Assembly (NCBI RefSeq): GCF_001194135.2
Contig: NC_068998.1
Coordinates: forward strand, 17,396,746-17,460,745
From: Octopus bimaculoides
Lineage: Eukaryota
Direction: 5' to 3'
Length of the DNA: 64,000 nucleotides
The position numbers and the translations under genes were made by a program. This document shows, one piece after another, positions 1-13,097 of the stretch. How positions within the stretch are numbered: the first letter of the stretch is position 1; the number at the start of each line of letters is the position of its first letter. The notes under the pieces were generated by a model. The model made no database searches. It was not told the DNA's origin and saw only the letters and a program-made list of their open reading frames with translations.

Positions 1-2604
1 GAGAGAGGGGTAATGGCTAGTAATAATGAATGTTATGGTAAGTGGGGATTGAATAAGATCAGATCCACTGCCTAATGCGATGTCATCCCTCATTATACAG
101 GTAGCATGATGTGAGAAAGTTAGAGTGGCAGTGATGTTGGTTGTGCAATTGTTAAACAGGTGCAGGTTGAACTTTGAATAAATTCTTGAAACAGGTGGGA
201 GCTTTTTCAAATTAATGAATCTTTTTTCTTGGCAAATGTAAAAATATGGTTAAAAGCTTGAATAAGGAAGTACTGTCAATACCAAGATCTGAAGAAATAG
301 ATGGTTTTTGCTTTATATATCTATAGTAATAATATAATACTGAAATTGTTTTCCATCCAGTTGATTAATGATATATTAGCTGATGACAACTGAGACAGGA
401 TAAGTCTATTTTAGCAAATGAAATGTTTAAATGGTAAATAAAAATGATGCTGAATGATTTGTTCTGCATTACATTTGAAGTTGTTGATGTTAAAACTTTT
501 TTGAGAGAGGAATATGAATACATATAATATCTTACAGTAAATGAAATCAAGTAGATATGTACTTGGCATGTCAGACATAATCTGATGTAAGAAAAAAAAT
601 AATCATCATTTCCAGTATTGTGTAATGGAGAAAGTGCTGTTGAAAAACATTCATGCAATTACATTAGGAGAACGGAGATTTATTTTTCAAATGTAAGATG
701 CTAATAATGGTAATTTTTATGTCTTCATTCTGCTTCATATTTATGCTCTTATGTAATTATATTGCCTGTATCAGAACTAGTTCACTATGATAGTGAAATT
801 TAAGCCATGAAATTAGATAACTTGTTTCTAAAAATAGATTTTATATAATTCATTGGAGGTGGTTAGAAAGATTGAAATCAGGAGAAACTTGGTTGTATAT
901 GGAATTAGATTTAGTGCAGTTTGCAAAGGAGAAGTTAGGTACTGTCTGAAGAAAATAAAATTGAATTATTCTTCAATGTAGAAAACATAGAATGTCTTGT
1001 AGAAAACATAGAATGATATTGATTAGCATATTGACTTTTTACAGAATTGTCTAGAAGAATTAAATGCATTTTACAGGTGTTCGAAATTTGATTCAAATTG
1101 ATTCTTGTTAATGCACTTTTTGGTAACTAAATCTGAAAATCCTAGAATAAAATATTTAGCTTGTTCAGGTACATTTTCAGACAACAATGCAAAATGGCAT
1201 ACAGTACTACTTATAGATATATCATAGTCATAAAGTTAAAATTAGAAAGCATATTTTGTGAGAAGCCTGTAATCTTTTCTAAAAGCCAGAGTCTTTTTGG
1301 AGCTGTTTTTTTCTTTTTTTTTTTATATCTTCTGGTTTCTGTAGCATTAAGCAGATGAGATTTAATTTTCTCATGAATAAGACAACTAGTAGTTGTTTTT
1401 CTTCTTGTAAGTGGAATTGAACTCCTGAAACTACAAACTAATTAATCCCTTATCAGTTCTAGTGCTGCTGTCTAAAGCTAGGTGAATTGGACTGAAATGT
1501 TTTGGTTGTATATATAACAGTATCAGTAAACAAACAAGTGCTGACTTCTTGGGTTGCTTTCTGCTTCTCTGTTCACTTGACCAAGATCTATTTCATAAGT
1601 GCGAAAAAAAATTTTTTTTAAAGTACATTTATAAATAATATTTCTGTGAAAAGGCAGAGCAGGATTATTATTTTAAACTAGAATTCAGAAATTATTGAGC
1701 CTCTCCTTGCAATTATCTTGGAAATGCTTTCAAACAAATCATTTTAAAATTTAATCAAACAAGACAAAGCAGAATCAGAGTTTTATTAATGATTTTCCGA
1801 ATTTAAAAAGGAAAAAGTTTCTTCACTAAATTTTCAAAATAATTGCCGTCAAAGTGTTAATGAAACTAAGGTAGTTGAAATTGCTACAAATAATTGATTT
1901 ACTCTTGTCCAAAGAATTGAAAAGAAAGAGAAAAATATATCTGCTACTGGAAGTTCAATTAAAGAAACTACAAATTCTTAAAAACTGAAATCTACAAAGT
2001 TTAAAAAGAAATTTAAATCAATGTTGTGATCAGAATTAAGATAGATTTCAAGGATTGTGACTTTACATTGATGAAATTAAATCTTGATGCAAATACAAAC
2101 CGACTTAAGAACACATTAAAATCAGAAAAAAAAAAAAATTACTTTAAATTCATTTTGTTCACACTTGCTTCAGTTGGATGGTTCTGCACTTTTTCTGTAT
2201 AATTTTTCTTCGCCAATTTTTGGAAATATTATTGAAGTAATAAAAATATCAAATTACTATTGTTGATCTAAATGTGAGTAGCATTTTATTTTCTAAGAAA
2301 GCTTTAAATACTTTCAAGAACAACTAATTGAATTGTTCTTAATGAAAATATTTTTTCCCTCTTTAATACAGAATGGCGTAAATCAGAAGATAGTTTTCCT
2401 TTGCAGTTTTGATACATGTGTTGTTTGAACGGTTTCGTCTAAAACCTATATGGACATTAAGTTTATTTCCACCCTAATTGGTATTAAATCATTAATTTTA
2501 TTATTGTCATCTCTTCTGCAAACTTATCTTATTCAGCTTGGATGTCTAACAAATAACTAGTACATTGTTAGCCATTTATGAGCACTATTGAGGGTCCTTC
2601 TACG

Positions 2605-2772
2605 TGGTCACTCAACATGCTAGAGATAGCAGCTAAATCTGCCTCAAATCACACTCAGTTGCCTTGAAAAAGGGGCAGTCATATTGGGAAATATGTTCCT
2701 AGACACTCCTAGAAAGTGGAACATCTTTGGTCATATGATTTACTTGACCAGGGCTGACTTTGGCTAAACAAT
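2605..2772 (+). mobile_element. Decayed dispersed SINE-like repeat (tagaratagcagcyaaatct..cctcaaatcacac family)
   Basis: Shares the core tagagatagcagctaaatctgcctcaaatcacac and the tail cagggctgac..ggctaaacaa with copies at about 17140-17305, 40140-40290, 44640-44815 and (minus strand) 53365-53400. Confidence 0.6.
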
Positions 2773-3097
2773 TATAATTTTGGCACAATACTTAACCTCA
2801 ATATTTATTTTTAAACCTTTTGTTACAATATTTCTGTTGATATATCAACTACCTTTGTTTGAATTAATTTTTAAAATAAAGAAGAATTTAGTAAAATAAT
2901 TTTCTCATTATCAAGCTGCAGTCTGGAAGAGATTAACATTAAAAAAATTTTGATGGAAGATTATTATTTAGATCACTTTAAAATTGTGTGTGATCATAGA
3001 ACTAGAGGTAGTTGTTGGCAGGTATCAAAAGGGTTAGATTACTATCCTTCTGGTCTGAGAAAATAGAAACTTACATACCAAAATAAGTTTTTGCTAT

Positions 3098-3309
3098 ATT
3101 CTTTTGTTTGTTTCAGTCATTTAACTGTGGCTATGCTGGAGCAATACCTTGAAGGGTTTTAGTCGAACAAATTGATCTTAGGACTTTTTTTTTTAAAGCC
3201 TAGTACTTATTCTATCAGTCTCTTATTCCAAATTGCTAAGTTATGGCGACATAAGCACATGAACACTAGCTGTCAAATCATGATTGGGGTGAAACTGACA
3301 AAAAGACAT

Positions 3310-3379
<70 letters not shown>

Positions 3380-3536
3380 ACATGAAGGGTCCTCTTTCAG
3401 TTTCCATCTACCAAATCCATTCACAAGGCTTTGGTTGGCCTGAGGTTATAAGCAGAAACACTTACCGAAGGTGCCACACAGTGGGATTGAACCCTAAACC
3501 ATGTGGTTGGGAAGCAAGTGTCTTACCACACCTGCA
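3098..3536 (-). mobile_element. Octopus-type tRNA-derived SINE, full length, with internal (CA)n
   Basis: The reverse complement gives the tRNA-like head gtgtggtaagacacttgcttcccaaccacatggtttagggttcaatcccact, a microsatellite middle, and the tail gatagaataagtactaggc...gctccagcatagccacag...tgactgaaac. It aligns by eye to the plus-strand copy at 12708-13097. Confidence 0.9.
3313..3377. repeat. (CA)n microsatellite
   Basis: Perfect CA run inside the SINE. Confidence 0.98.
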
Positions 3537-3686
3537 CTTATATGTTTATTAAATACAAGAATATTGAATCTAAATAGTCTTACTGTGCATGTCTCCACAG
3601 CGGTTATCACTCTTATCAGTTATAAGGCTGGGTGACAAAGCTGACGTAGTATGCTCCGGCTGCTACAGTTTTCCATTCTTCTAGAC

Positions 3687-4359
3687 CAGTGTTTCTCAAA
3701 GTGGGCAGTACCACTCCCTAAGTTGGGTGAAAATTTTTATGTGTAGTGAGGCAAAGGGAATGGGCTGAGCATAGATGTAATTACAGTTTTTAATCATTAT
3801 TTCCGATATAAATATCAATTTTAAGGAAAGAAAAACATTTAACTATATAATAAACTGCTCATTAGCCACAGTTACAACAATGAATAATAACAGTAGACTT
3901 TAAAATGTTAATCAATAAACAATATTGAATATATACCACTTTTGCATGTAAATTATAAACAAATGAAATAATAATTTAAAAGATAGTCATATTCTGTGGA
4001 TGTTTCCTTATATGCAATAAAGACTGCCATTGCACCTGTAGTATTAGCTAACACCCTAACATATTTGCATATGTGCATGCTTCCATGTTGTCAATTTCAG
4101 CAATGAGTGTCATCTGTTAATCTCATAATCTACCCATATGTATAAACAAATGTGTTAACTTGCATGTTACTAGAGAAATCAATGTCTGTATGATTGTTTG
4201 TGTAACAGAAAACACAGTTATAAATCTGAATGCATAGATAAATTTCAGCTGGTAGCTACAAGAGTATATGAACCATAAAGAATCTTAGCAAAGGGGCATT
4301 GAAAAGAGTTAGTAAAAGAATAAGGAAGTGACAGCTGAAAAAAGATTTGGAAAGCTCTG
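3687..4359. mobile_element. Non-autonomous hAT (Charlie-like) DNA transposon
   Basis: Left end cagtgtttctcaaagtggg and right end ...ttggaaagctctg form an imperfect TIR. The 8-bp flanks ttctagac (3679-3686) and ttctagat (4360-4367) match 7/8 and fit the NTCTAGAN target preference of Charlie hATs. Confidence 0.7.
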
Positions 4360-5464
4360 TTCTAGATACTGCATTGAGAAATGTACAATACTATTCCAAA
4401 TGACACCAAGCCTTAACCTATGAAATTTTGGTTAGCTTAATGGCTTGCAGAGATGATCAGATTTATTAACTGTTATTGTCCTGCATCTTTGCCTGTCAGT
4501 CACATGATCAAATGTAGTCTAAACTGGGTTTTTGTTGTTGTCGCATAAAGTATTTATACACGGAAACAAATTCATTTTAAGTTGCTAAAGGAGTCTTATA
4601 TTAGAGAAAAATTCTTATAGTCTTGACAGTTTCAAACTAGATATCTTCTGTTTAGGCTCCAAATTAATTTTTGATGATATTTCTACGACATATCTACCAT
4701 TTTGGATGAATACTTTCTTCAACAATACTAAAACATATATTTATGAACTTTACATGTATAATACTGAATTTAATTTGAGACTGTAAGCTACTGCTGTGAT
4801 AGCTGGATCTCTCAACTGAATATTCTTTCTCAATTACAGAAGCTTCTGAACAATTTACAAACACGTAACAAATCCAGATGCTTATTGGAATTGAAAATGA
4901 AGAGTAATCAATTGAAAAGAAATCAATTTTGGAAATTGATTTTTTTTCTATCTAACATATAAATTGTCATTAAAAAAGCCATATCATGGAAGTGGCTAAG
5001 AAATTTAACTAAAACTTTTTAATAGAAAAAAACCAGAAATTTTGTGTAATAATGATAAGTATCTAAAGAAATTTATGCAAACTCAATATTTTTGAAATTC
5101 TTGAAGTGGTGTAGTCAAGATATTCTCCACTTGAGTTGGAGAAAATATATTTAACTTTTAAAAAGCAATTCTGTTTTAAGGTTTATAATAATCCCAGTTA
5201 AAAAAAAAAGTAGGACTTAAATATTCCACTGACCCTCTAAATGTAGGTATTTTAGATATAGCTGTTGACTCATAGACAAATATGAGACAAAATTGGTTCA
5301 TTTTTTAATGGAACTATGGTCTCTTGTCTGCTGCAATCATTTTGCTAACATGACTATTGTACTAGTTTTTCCTACTGTATAAAAATTTTAGAATAAACAA
5401 CTATTAACAGTCAATTTGTTTGGATAATTATCAAAACAATACTAAATATCAGCAACGGGGTGTG

Positions 5465-6190
5465 GTCAACCATCCAAACAAAAAGAGTAGCTTTTCATGT
5501 GGAAAAAAAAAAAAGCTCAAGGAAATTGAAAGGCTATTTATTGATGCTAGGTATCATTGAAAAGCAAGAAATCAACCTCTTTGGCTGTCGTTCCAAAAGG
5601 AAAAAAAAAAAAAAATTAAAATAACAAAATTCTTGTCAACCTCTGCCAAATCAAACAATTAATAGGAATTACTATCTCATTCTGATAAGGACAAGAATTC
5701 TAGAAAAACTCACCTAAGTGCTTTGTACTCAAACCTAAATTTCAGCTTGGGTTATCATAAAGTAGAACTAAAGGCTGAACTAAGATATTTTATAACATTC
5801 TCATTGACAAATGAACTACATGGGTATAAAAATCTTGCTGCTGCAAATACTATCTTTCATATTCACTGAAATCTTTTTAAGAAAACCAATATTTTACTGC
5901 AGAATTGGGTATTGTCAGTATAGAAATACAAATATTATAAAGATATGTACAATATCAGTGAGCACAGATCTTGCTCTCATCAAACAAGGTAGAAAGTTTA
6001 TAATTGAATGTCAGGTGAGTTGAAAGACCTTTTAAGAAGTGCTTATGTATGATGGTGGAACATGCTAATCCTAAATCTAGAGAATGGGGACCAAATACTG
6101 ACTGTCAATGGGACAAGCCAGAATTGACAAAATGAATACGAGTAATTCAGTTCTTGATCATATATTTATACTAGATGCACCAGTCTAATA
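5465..6190 (+). mobile_element. Degenerate Ty3/gypsy LTR-retrotransposon reverse transcriptase relic
   Basis: Frameshifted translation gives TIQTKRVAFHV..KEIERL / LGIIEK / SLAVVPK / LPNQTINRNYY / FSLGYHKVELKAELRYFITF / NISE / IQF.DHIF. These are gypsy RT motifs in the correct order (PFH..EI.RL..GIIE, PLVVVPK, LPN.AI.R, GYHQ.EL, NISDD, FLGH). Confidence 0.7.
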
Positions 6191-8418
6191 GAGCAAAAAA
6201 GAAATAATAGAAAAATAGTTCATTTCACAATATCATGTGGGGATTTTTCTGTGTAATGATGAATGTTGATTTACTGGAGTAGTTAGCTAGTGTAGCATTC
6301 ATATTTTGTTGACAGTCAGGTTGTCAAAACTGAATTAGCCAAATTTATTCGCATGGTAGAAGTTTTGGTGGTATATCAGCTAGAGAAAGAATTTTGTTTG
6401 CAGTCAAGCTTCATTGATCACAACTCCATCTCTCAGCTTCTATTGTCTTTACTTCTAAATAGCATAGTGTTCACTGACCAGATCGAATCTGTTTCTCTTC
6501 ATCTGCCTGTTGTTTGTTACTCTTTTTTATAAGCTGTGATTAGCATAATTGAAGCTTGATTGACTTCAATCAACTATTTTGTGTTCCTTAGAATTTTTGA
6601 TGGCACCAGTCTAAGAATAAGTTGTATAATTGTTGAGCATTTTTTTTTTTTTTAGATCTTTCTTGATGTCATCAGATCTGCATGTTGTTACTTGATTCCA
6701 AAAGTTCCTAGAAAACCATTGGTGGAATTTTTGCTAATGTGACAAAATTCTGTTTACACTATTTCATGTTTAAAAACCAAAATGTTCCAAATACAAAACA
6801 CAGTATAGATCTGCTATAGGACTATAGACAACAGGAAAATCAACCAATCTGTTTCTAGTGGTATATTCCTCTTGGTATATTAGTATAGTTTCAAGATTTG
6901 GTTGCAATTTGGCAGACCAAATGACCACCTGCTATGTGGGATACAGGCAATTTGTTAAGGTACCAAAGTATGTTCATAAATCACTATTATGCCTTAGTTC
7001 TGTTAAAGATTAGGATTTATAATACCATTACATTAAACATTAAGCATCTTTATGTTCCTTTTATAGTTAATGAAATCAGGATAAATAAAATATTAAGACA
7101 TGAAAATTGAAACCTGTTGCTGTTTTTTTTTTTTTTGTTTTTCTTTATATAAATAAGGTTTAATGCAGTGTATTATTGAAGTATTTTGTGTGTCCGGAGG
7201 CCTCAAATTTCTCTAATATTCCATCACTTGTACTTTTAATATTTTTTTCTTTACATAGCTATTCAATCTCTTTTCTTTTTGTTTCTGCATTCTATAGAAA
7301 CACAACCAGAGGGAAGGCATATGTATCTCCTTTATTATTTTCTAACTGGACATTATTGTTTCATGATACACTTGATATTTCCTTTATTTGGAATTTCTTG
7401 AGAAATCTAAGAAATGAATATTGGCCTTATAATAGTATTTAGGTGATTATTTCAGACAATTGTAAAATTTCAAAATTTTATTTTAATTGCAATGTTGAAT
7501 TACTGAAACTGTTACTTCAAAATGCTCTGTATATTTTACTTGATATTCTTGTTGAACAGAATTATAACCACCTTCATTTTGGGAAGAAAAAGATACCAGT
7601 TTATGACATATAGCTTTTGTGTCTAAAATGATTAAGGGAGAGATAAAAAATTATGGATTTTCTACCAATTTTCTAGTGACTGAGTACTTGGAGTACTTTA
7701 AAATCTATAAGCATAATTCTTGAGCACATCTTGATTTATATAGATAGGAGTCTGTACTAGGTACTTCATATATAAGTAGGTAATATTAGATTAGTTACCT
7801 TATCTGCTTTCAAAGCACATTTTGTTCAATCATTAGGATTATAGAAGTGTGTGTATCTGTAAGAAAGAAAGCCCATTCTTAATGTCTTAATTCATTGTAA
7901 GAAAGTCTCTTAATATTGAAATCTTTAAGTTATATATGTAATAAATATATTTTTAAATATATATTAACTTTTAAGGAGTTACTTGGAAATTTATTAGGAA
8001 AGAAATTTATAAAATGTCTTATATTGTAACATGATAAACAGTAAAACGTGAATGGTTTGTTCAGAAATATTTTATTAACATCAACTTTAATCCTTTTTCT
8101 AAATAGAAAATGGATTAATGTTGGATTAACATTAATAGAACATTAATAAAATTCAGTATGTACAGGAAAAAAAAATTTCCATGGTTGTGGAAGGTGGGGG
8201 GAATGCAGTTGTTAATATACAGACAGTAGACAAAATAGCTCAAAAATAGGACAAGGAACTCTAAACTTCAAATATGCTTATTTAGATCTCTAACATAGCA
8301 TATGCAATTGATACTGGAATGCAAGCCCTAGTGATGTGGTTTTGTATTGTAAAGTGTATTGATCAGAAAACGGCAGTGTTTATTGGAGACATATTTTCTC
8401 TCTTCATACGAAAGATAG

Positions 8419-8420
<2 letters not shown>

Positions 8421-8455
<35 letters not shown>
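8421..8455. repeat. (TA)n microsatellite
   Basis: Perfect TA run. Confidence 0.98.
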
Positions 8456-8457
<2 letters not shown>

Positions 8458-8594
8458 GAGAATATACAAATAATAACAGACGAGGACAGGTGGTGTAAAT
8501 AACAAAAGTATATATTAGTATGACGCTCGGGAATACGGAAAGTGTGTGTGTGTGTGTGTGATGGTTCCAGCATACTCTGTGTTGCTAAAAAAAC

Positions 8595-9620
8595 AGTCTT
8601 GGTTTCATTGTTGCATTCGGCAAGGTATTACCATTCACCATGGGAGCTAATGAAAGCAAAGCCTTACTATAATTAAGTAGAGAGCATGGCAAAAAAAAAA
8701 AAATTATAAAGCCAGACTGACAAGACAGACAAGCTGTAACCTTAATAGAAAGAAGTCTTGGGGCATAGCAAATTCTCTTTCTACAAGAACTGGCCACTCT
8801 GCATACCCATTGTTAAACATGATGCAACTGCACACATCTAAAAACAAGGTAAATATCTTTTGTGAGATTTTTGCAGAAAAGTTTCTAGTACTAAATACTG
8901 ACAACCAACCACTGCTGATCAGATTACCCTCTGGTACAAAGCTACAGAGTGAGATTTTTAATACAAAAGATATCATGAAGGTGAAGTGTCTCAAACCTGG
9001 TAAAATTATTCGTTCCTACAAATTCCCACCAGAGTCCTGTAAGACTATTATGTGGAAGTTGCTAACCCCCATGTTACTTGTTTCATCTGTGCTTCACTTG
9101 TGTATTTTCAAACCTGTGAAAGCTTATTTATTTAATTTCTATACATTAGACAGATTCTAGATCTGATCTCTCAAAATGTTGGCCTGTTTTATTGCTCAGC
9201 ATCATTAGCAAAGTAATGGAATCAGTTGTCCTCAAAACAATTACTAAACAACTTACAAAAACAAACTCACTATCAATTGCTTACAGCACAGGCAACAGGT
9301 TGCTCCAGTAACAGTTTTTTTTACAAAATGTACACAGTCTACAACTGTCAGTGTTTAGAGCCACGCTTCTGCCATAGTATGAAAGACACTATTTCACAAA
9401 GGTTAGTGCATTTATGTCTGTGCCGGGGCCTCTCAACACCTGATGCCAAGATCCACTATGACCAGGGGCTTCTTGCACCTATGATGTCCCAGTTAAGGCC
9501 AAATACAAAAACATCTTACTCTTGCCATCAGAACTGCAGTGAACCAGTAATCAAAAACTTATTAACAATGGTGTTATTATGTCTATATGCAATAGACAGT
9601 GAAAGTTTATTACATAGCAC
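8595..9620 (+). mobile_element. Decayed CR1/L2-like LINE ORF2 (RT region)
   Basis: Fragments appear in LINE order: KKSWGIANSL, IFCEIFAEKF, DIMKVKCLKPGK, SDLSKCWPVLLLSIISKVMESVV (compare SDPSNYRPISLLSIISKVMESII), CLYAIDS (compare LYADDS). There are multiple stops and frameshifts. Confidence 0.8.
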
Positions 9621-10973
9621 AGATCTTATCAACCAACATTATCAAAATTAGTAGGTTCTAAACTCATTTTGCTTAATGTTATTAGCTGGTTATCGTTATC
9701 AAAAAGACTTTCATCTGAAAGTAACTACACTGTGAAAGAGTCAGTTGATAACACACCAACCTGTTAAATTCATTTGAATTTTAATTTTAACACTTCATGA
9801 AATTTAAAATGAATTTAACAGCTTTGTGTGGTATTAAATGGTTCATCCATGATTTAGATTCTTCAACATACCATCTCAGATCAAGTCACTTGCTAGATAA
9901 ATACATTCTTGAAGCTTTATTCCAAAGTGATCACAATAAGTGGTTTCCACTATTTATGCGCATGGGTGTAATATATATATAGCTTTATTTATTGTGAAGC
10001 CTTACATGCAAATAATATGGTCTATGAAAGCTGAAGTCCTGTAGTTATTGAACTGTAAACAAATTCGATTTGTTGGGTATGTTTCTTGAATTTGAAAGTC
10101 TGAATGAGTGCAACTGTCTGTCAGTTAGTATTGATCAGTATATACAAGAGACATAAGTATATTGATATAGTTAGATAAACTATATAAATGGATGCTATTC
10201 TCAGTTGGCAAAAGATGGCTGATTTAAAAGCAGCTTGTAGGCGAAAATCTTGGAGTGAAATAATTAGATCACATCTTAAGATAATAGATGTTATGAATTT
10301 GAAATAACTCATGAAAGTGTTGATTAGATTTGCAACTCAAACCAAAACTGTTTATGCAAGACAGAAAACATTACATGTTAAACTTATATTTTGTTATTGA
10401 AATGTTAATGAGAAGTTCCTTAGTGAATTTATTATTCTGAAATCTAAGGAAATTAAAAACATTTTGATTCTTTGTTTTATAAAATTTTTAAATGGATTTT
10501 AGCTGAAAATTAAAATATTTCTTTTTTCATGTCATATTTCATTAGAAGTTGTTTTTGAGTATTTCATTGGAAAGCATTTTTTAAAATTAAAATCTGGATT
10601 AATGCAAACCATCATATCTGCATAAAAAATTGTTAAGTCAGTGATTTTTGATTTTAAGAATTGTATCAGATTGTGTAGAAATATAAGCAGTCTTATTTGC
10701 TTAACTAATCAGGAGTTTTGAAATCGCTTGAAATTTAAGCATAAGGTTTAATGCAGTGTATTATTGAAGTATTTTATGTTTCAATGTTGTATTGATGTTG
10801 GAGTTTGATATTAGTTTATGTCTTGAGACCTCAAATTTCTCTAATATTCCATCACTTGTGCTTTTAGTTTTTTTATATAATTTATAATTTTTTAAATATT
10901 TGTTCTATAATTAATTACTATTGATAATCCTTTTCAGTTTTAGCATGTCATACTTATTTACAAGCTATATCTA

Positions 10974-12244
10974 TCAGGTCCTCCCATAAGTAATATCCGG
11001 ATTTTAAATAAGGTAAACAAGTGATCAAATCTTACATTTTAATGAAACTTAATTGTCAAATTGTTTCCCTGATTATCTGACATCTTTCCATCTTTCCATG
11101 TAAGCTTTTTAATCCCATCAGTGAAAAACTCTTTCGGTTTTGAAGAGAACTCTGAAAGGTCAGTTTCGACTTCCTCAGTTGTTTCAAGAGTTAATCCATC
11201 CATCTGTAAACTATGGAACAAATGGTAATTTGAAGGAGCAAAGTCTGGGGAATAAGGTGGATGAGCAATTTTCTCCCAGTTAAGTCCCTTGATCTTCTGT
11301 GACGTGATCTTTGCAGTGTAGAGTCTTGCATTGTCCTGATGAAACACTCCCTTTTGATTAACTAAAGCAGGTCTTTTTTCTTCAAAACAGTATTCAAATG
11401 CTCTAATTATTGACAGTAGATTTGAGTATTGATTGTTGCATTAGTTGGTAGCAGCTTAAAGTGGATGACTCCTTTGCAATCTCACTAAACAGAGAGAAGC
11501 ACCTTCTTCACATGGAGTTCCCTTTTTGGTTGTGGTTGGGCCTTGTCCCCTTCACCAAGCCAATGACTACAATGCTTAATATTCTGATAAAAGACCCATT
11601 TTTCGTCACCAGTCACCACTCTTCAAAAAGGATGAGATGAGTTCATGAGAACAAAGAGAACAACAAATGTTCACTCGGGATTTGCGGTTGGCTTCAGACA
11701 AATCATGAGGTACCCATTTTTCAAGTTTTGGGACCTTTCCAAGCTGTTGAAGATAGCAGTGAATAGTTGTGTGGCTTGAATGAAGCTTGCTTGCCAATTC
11801 TTCAACTGAAACTGCATGATATTTTTCAAATTCTGCCAAAAGGAACTTGTCATCAAACTCAATTGAACATCCTGTTTGGGCCTTGTCTTCAAGACTAAAA
11901 TCTCCACTTTTGAATTTTACAAACCATCTTCTGCAAGTTCTTTCATTCAGGCACTCTTCCTCATAGACTGAGTGAATATTTAGAGTTGCTTCAGCTACAA
12001 AGTTCCTTTTTTTAAACTCATAAAGCATTATGTGCTATCAAATGCTCCTTAGACACTTCCATGTTTGAAGAACTATAATTAGTGAAATTTCAATTAGATT
12101 ATCCTGCAAAATGAAATTTGATTAGTTTAAATATTTCCAAATGCATATAAATATTACTTGATGCCATTAGAAATTCCAAAATACTGTTAAAGCATTTACA
12201 AACTGAAAATATAGAATCCAGACATTACTTATGGGATGACCTGA
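10974..12244 (-). mobile_element. Near-full-length mariner (D,D34D) transposon with inactivated transposase
   Basis: TIRs tcaggtcctcccataagtaatatccggatt (from 10974) and the reverse complement of aatccagacattacttatgggatgacctga (to 12244). TA on the left, TG on the right. Transposase motifs MLYEFK, RWFVKFKSGDFSLED, WVPHDL, VTGDEKW, HQDNAR and HPPYSPDFAPSNYHLF are split over ORFs 11606-12028 and 11039-11347. Confidence 0.95.
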
Positions 12245-12707
12245 TGCATAAACATGTAACTTGTTTTGTTCAACATATGTGAAACAAACCTAGTTATTTG
12301 ATAAAATGTGATATGGATGACATACTATCATTGAGATTATTATGAATAGTATAGAAGAATGAGTAGTCAATTGGTTACATTAGTAATAAATAAAAGCATA
12401 TTTTTGAACTTGAATATCTATAATGTTTATATATTCTGCTAAGGGCTATAGGTTGATAGATAGAACAGTCATGCTAAAGAGTATTTTGTTGCATTTCTTT
12501 CTACACTGAATAAGCTGCCTTTGTATAGCCATGCCTTTCAACCTGATATATTGCAAAATTGTCAAAAGTTATAAAATTTTATTGATGACTTTATTCACAG
12601 AATAAAATTAAACATTATCTATTTTAACTGCTTGGTTTCTCTCGACATGGTGAGCCCAAATTCTCTATTTAATATCAACACATTTACTTGGAAAAAAAAA
12701 ACTGTAG

Positions 12708-13097
12708 GTATAGGTGTGGCTGTGTGGTAAGAAGCTTGCTTCCCAACCACATGGTTCCAGGTTCAGTTCCACTGCGTGACACCTTGGGCAAGTGTCTTCT
12801 ACTATAGCCTTGGGCCGACCAAAGCTTTGTGAGTGGATTTGGTGGGCAGAAACTGAAAGAAGCCTGTCATATATATATATATATATATATGTATATATTT
12901 GTATGTTTGTCTCTCCACCATCGCTTGGCAACTGTTGTTGGTGTGTTTACATCTCCATAACTTAGCAGTTTGGCAAAAGAGACCAATAGAATAAGTACCA
13001 GGCTTACAAAGAATAAGTCCAGAGGTTGATTTCTTTGACTAAAAGGTGATGCTCCAGCATGGCCACAGTCAAAATGATTGAAACAAGTAAAAGAATA
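12708..13097 (+). mobile_element. Octopus-type tRNA-derived SINE, full length
   Basis: Head gtgtggctgtgtggtaagaagcttgcttcccaaccacatggttccaggttcagttccactgcgtg, a (TA)n middle, and the tail gaccaatagaataagtaccaggcttacaaagaataag...gctccagcatggccacagtcaaaatgattgaaacaagtaaaaga. Confidence 0.92.

Noticed and set aside
1680-2050. Possible hAT transposase relic (IEKKEKNISAT), with possible continuation at 4680-5100
   Set aside because: Too degenerate to support by eye. It needs a tBLASTn search.
12708-12790. tRNA-like sequence with A and B boxes
   Set aside because: These are SINE heads without a complete cloverleaf. No true tRNA gene was identified.
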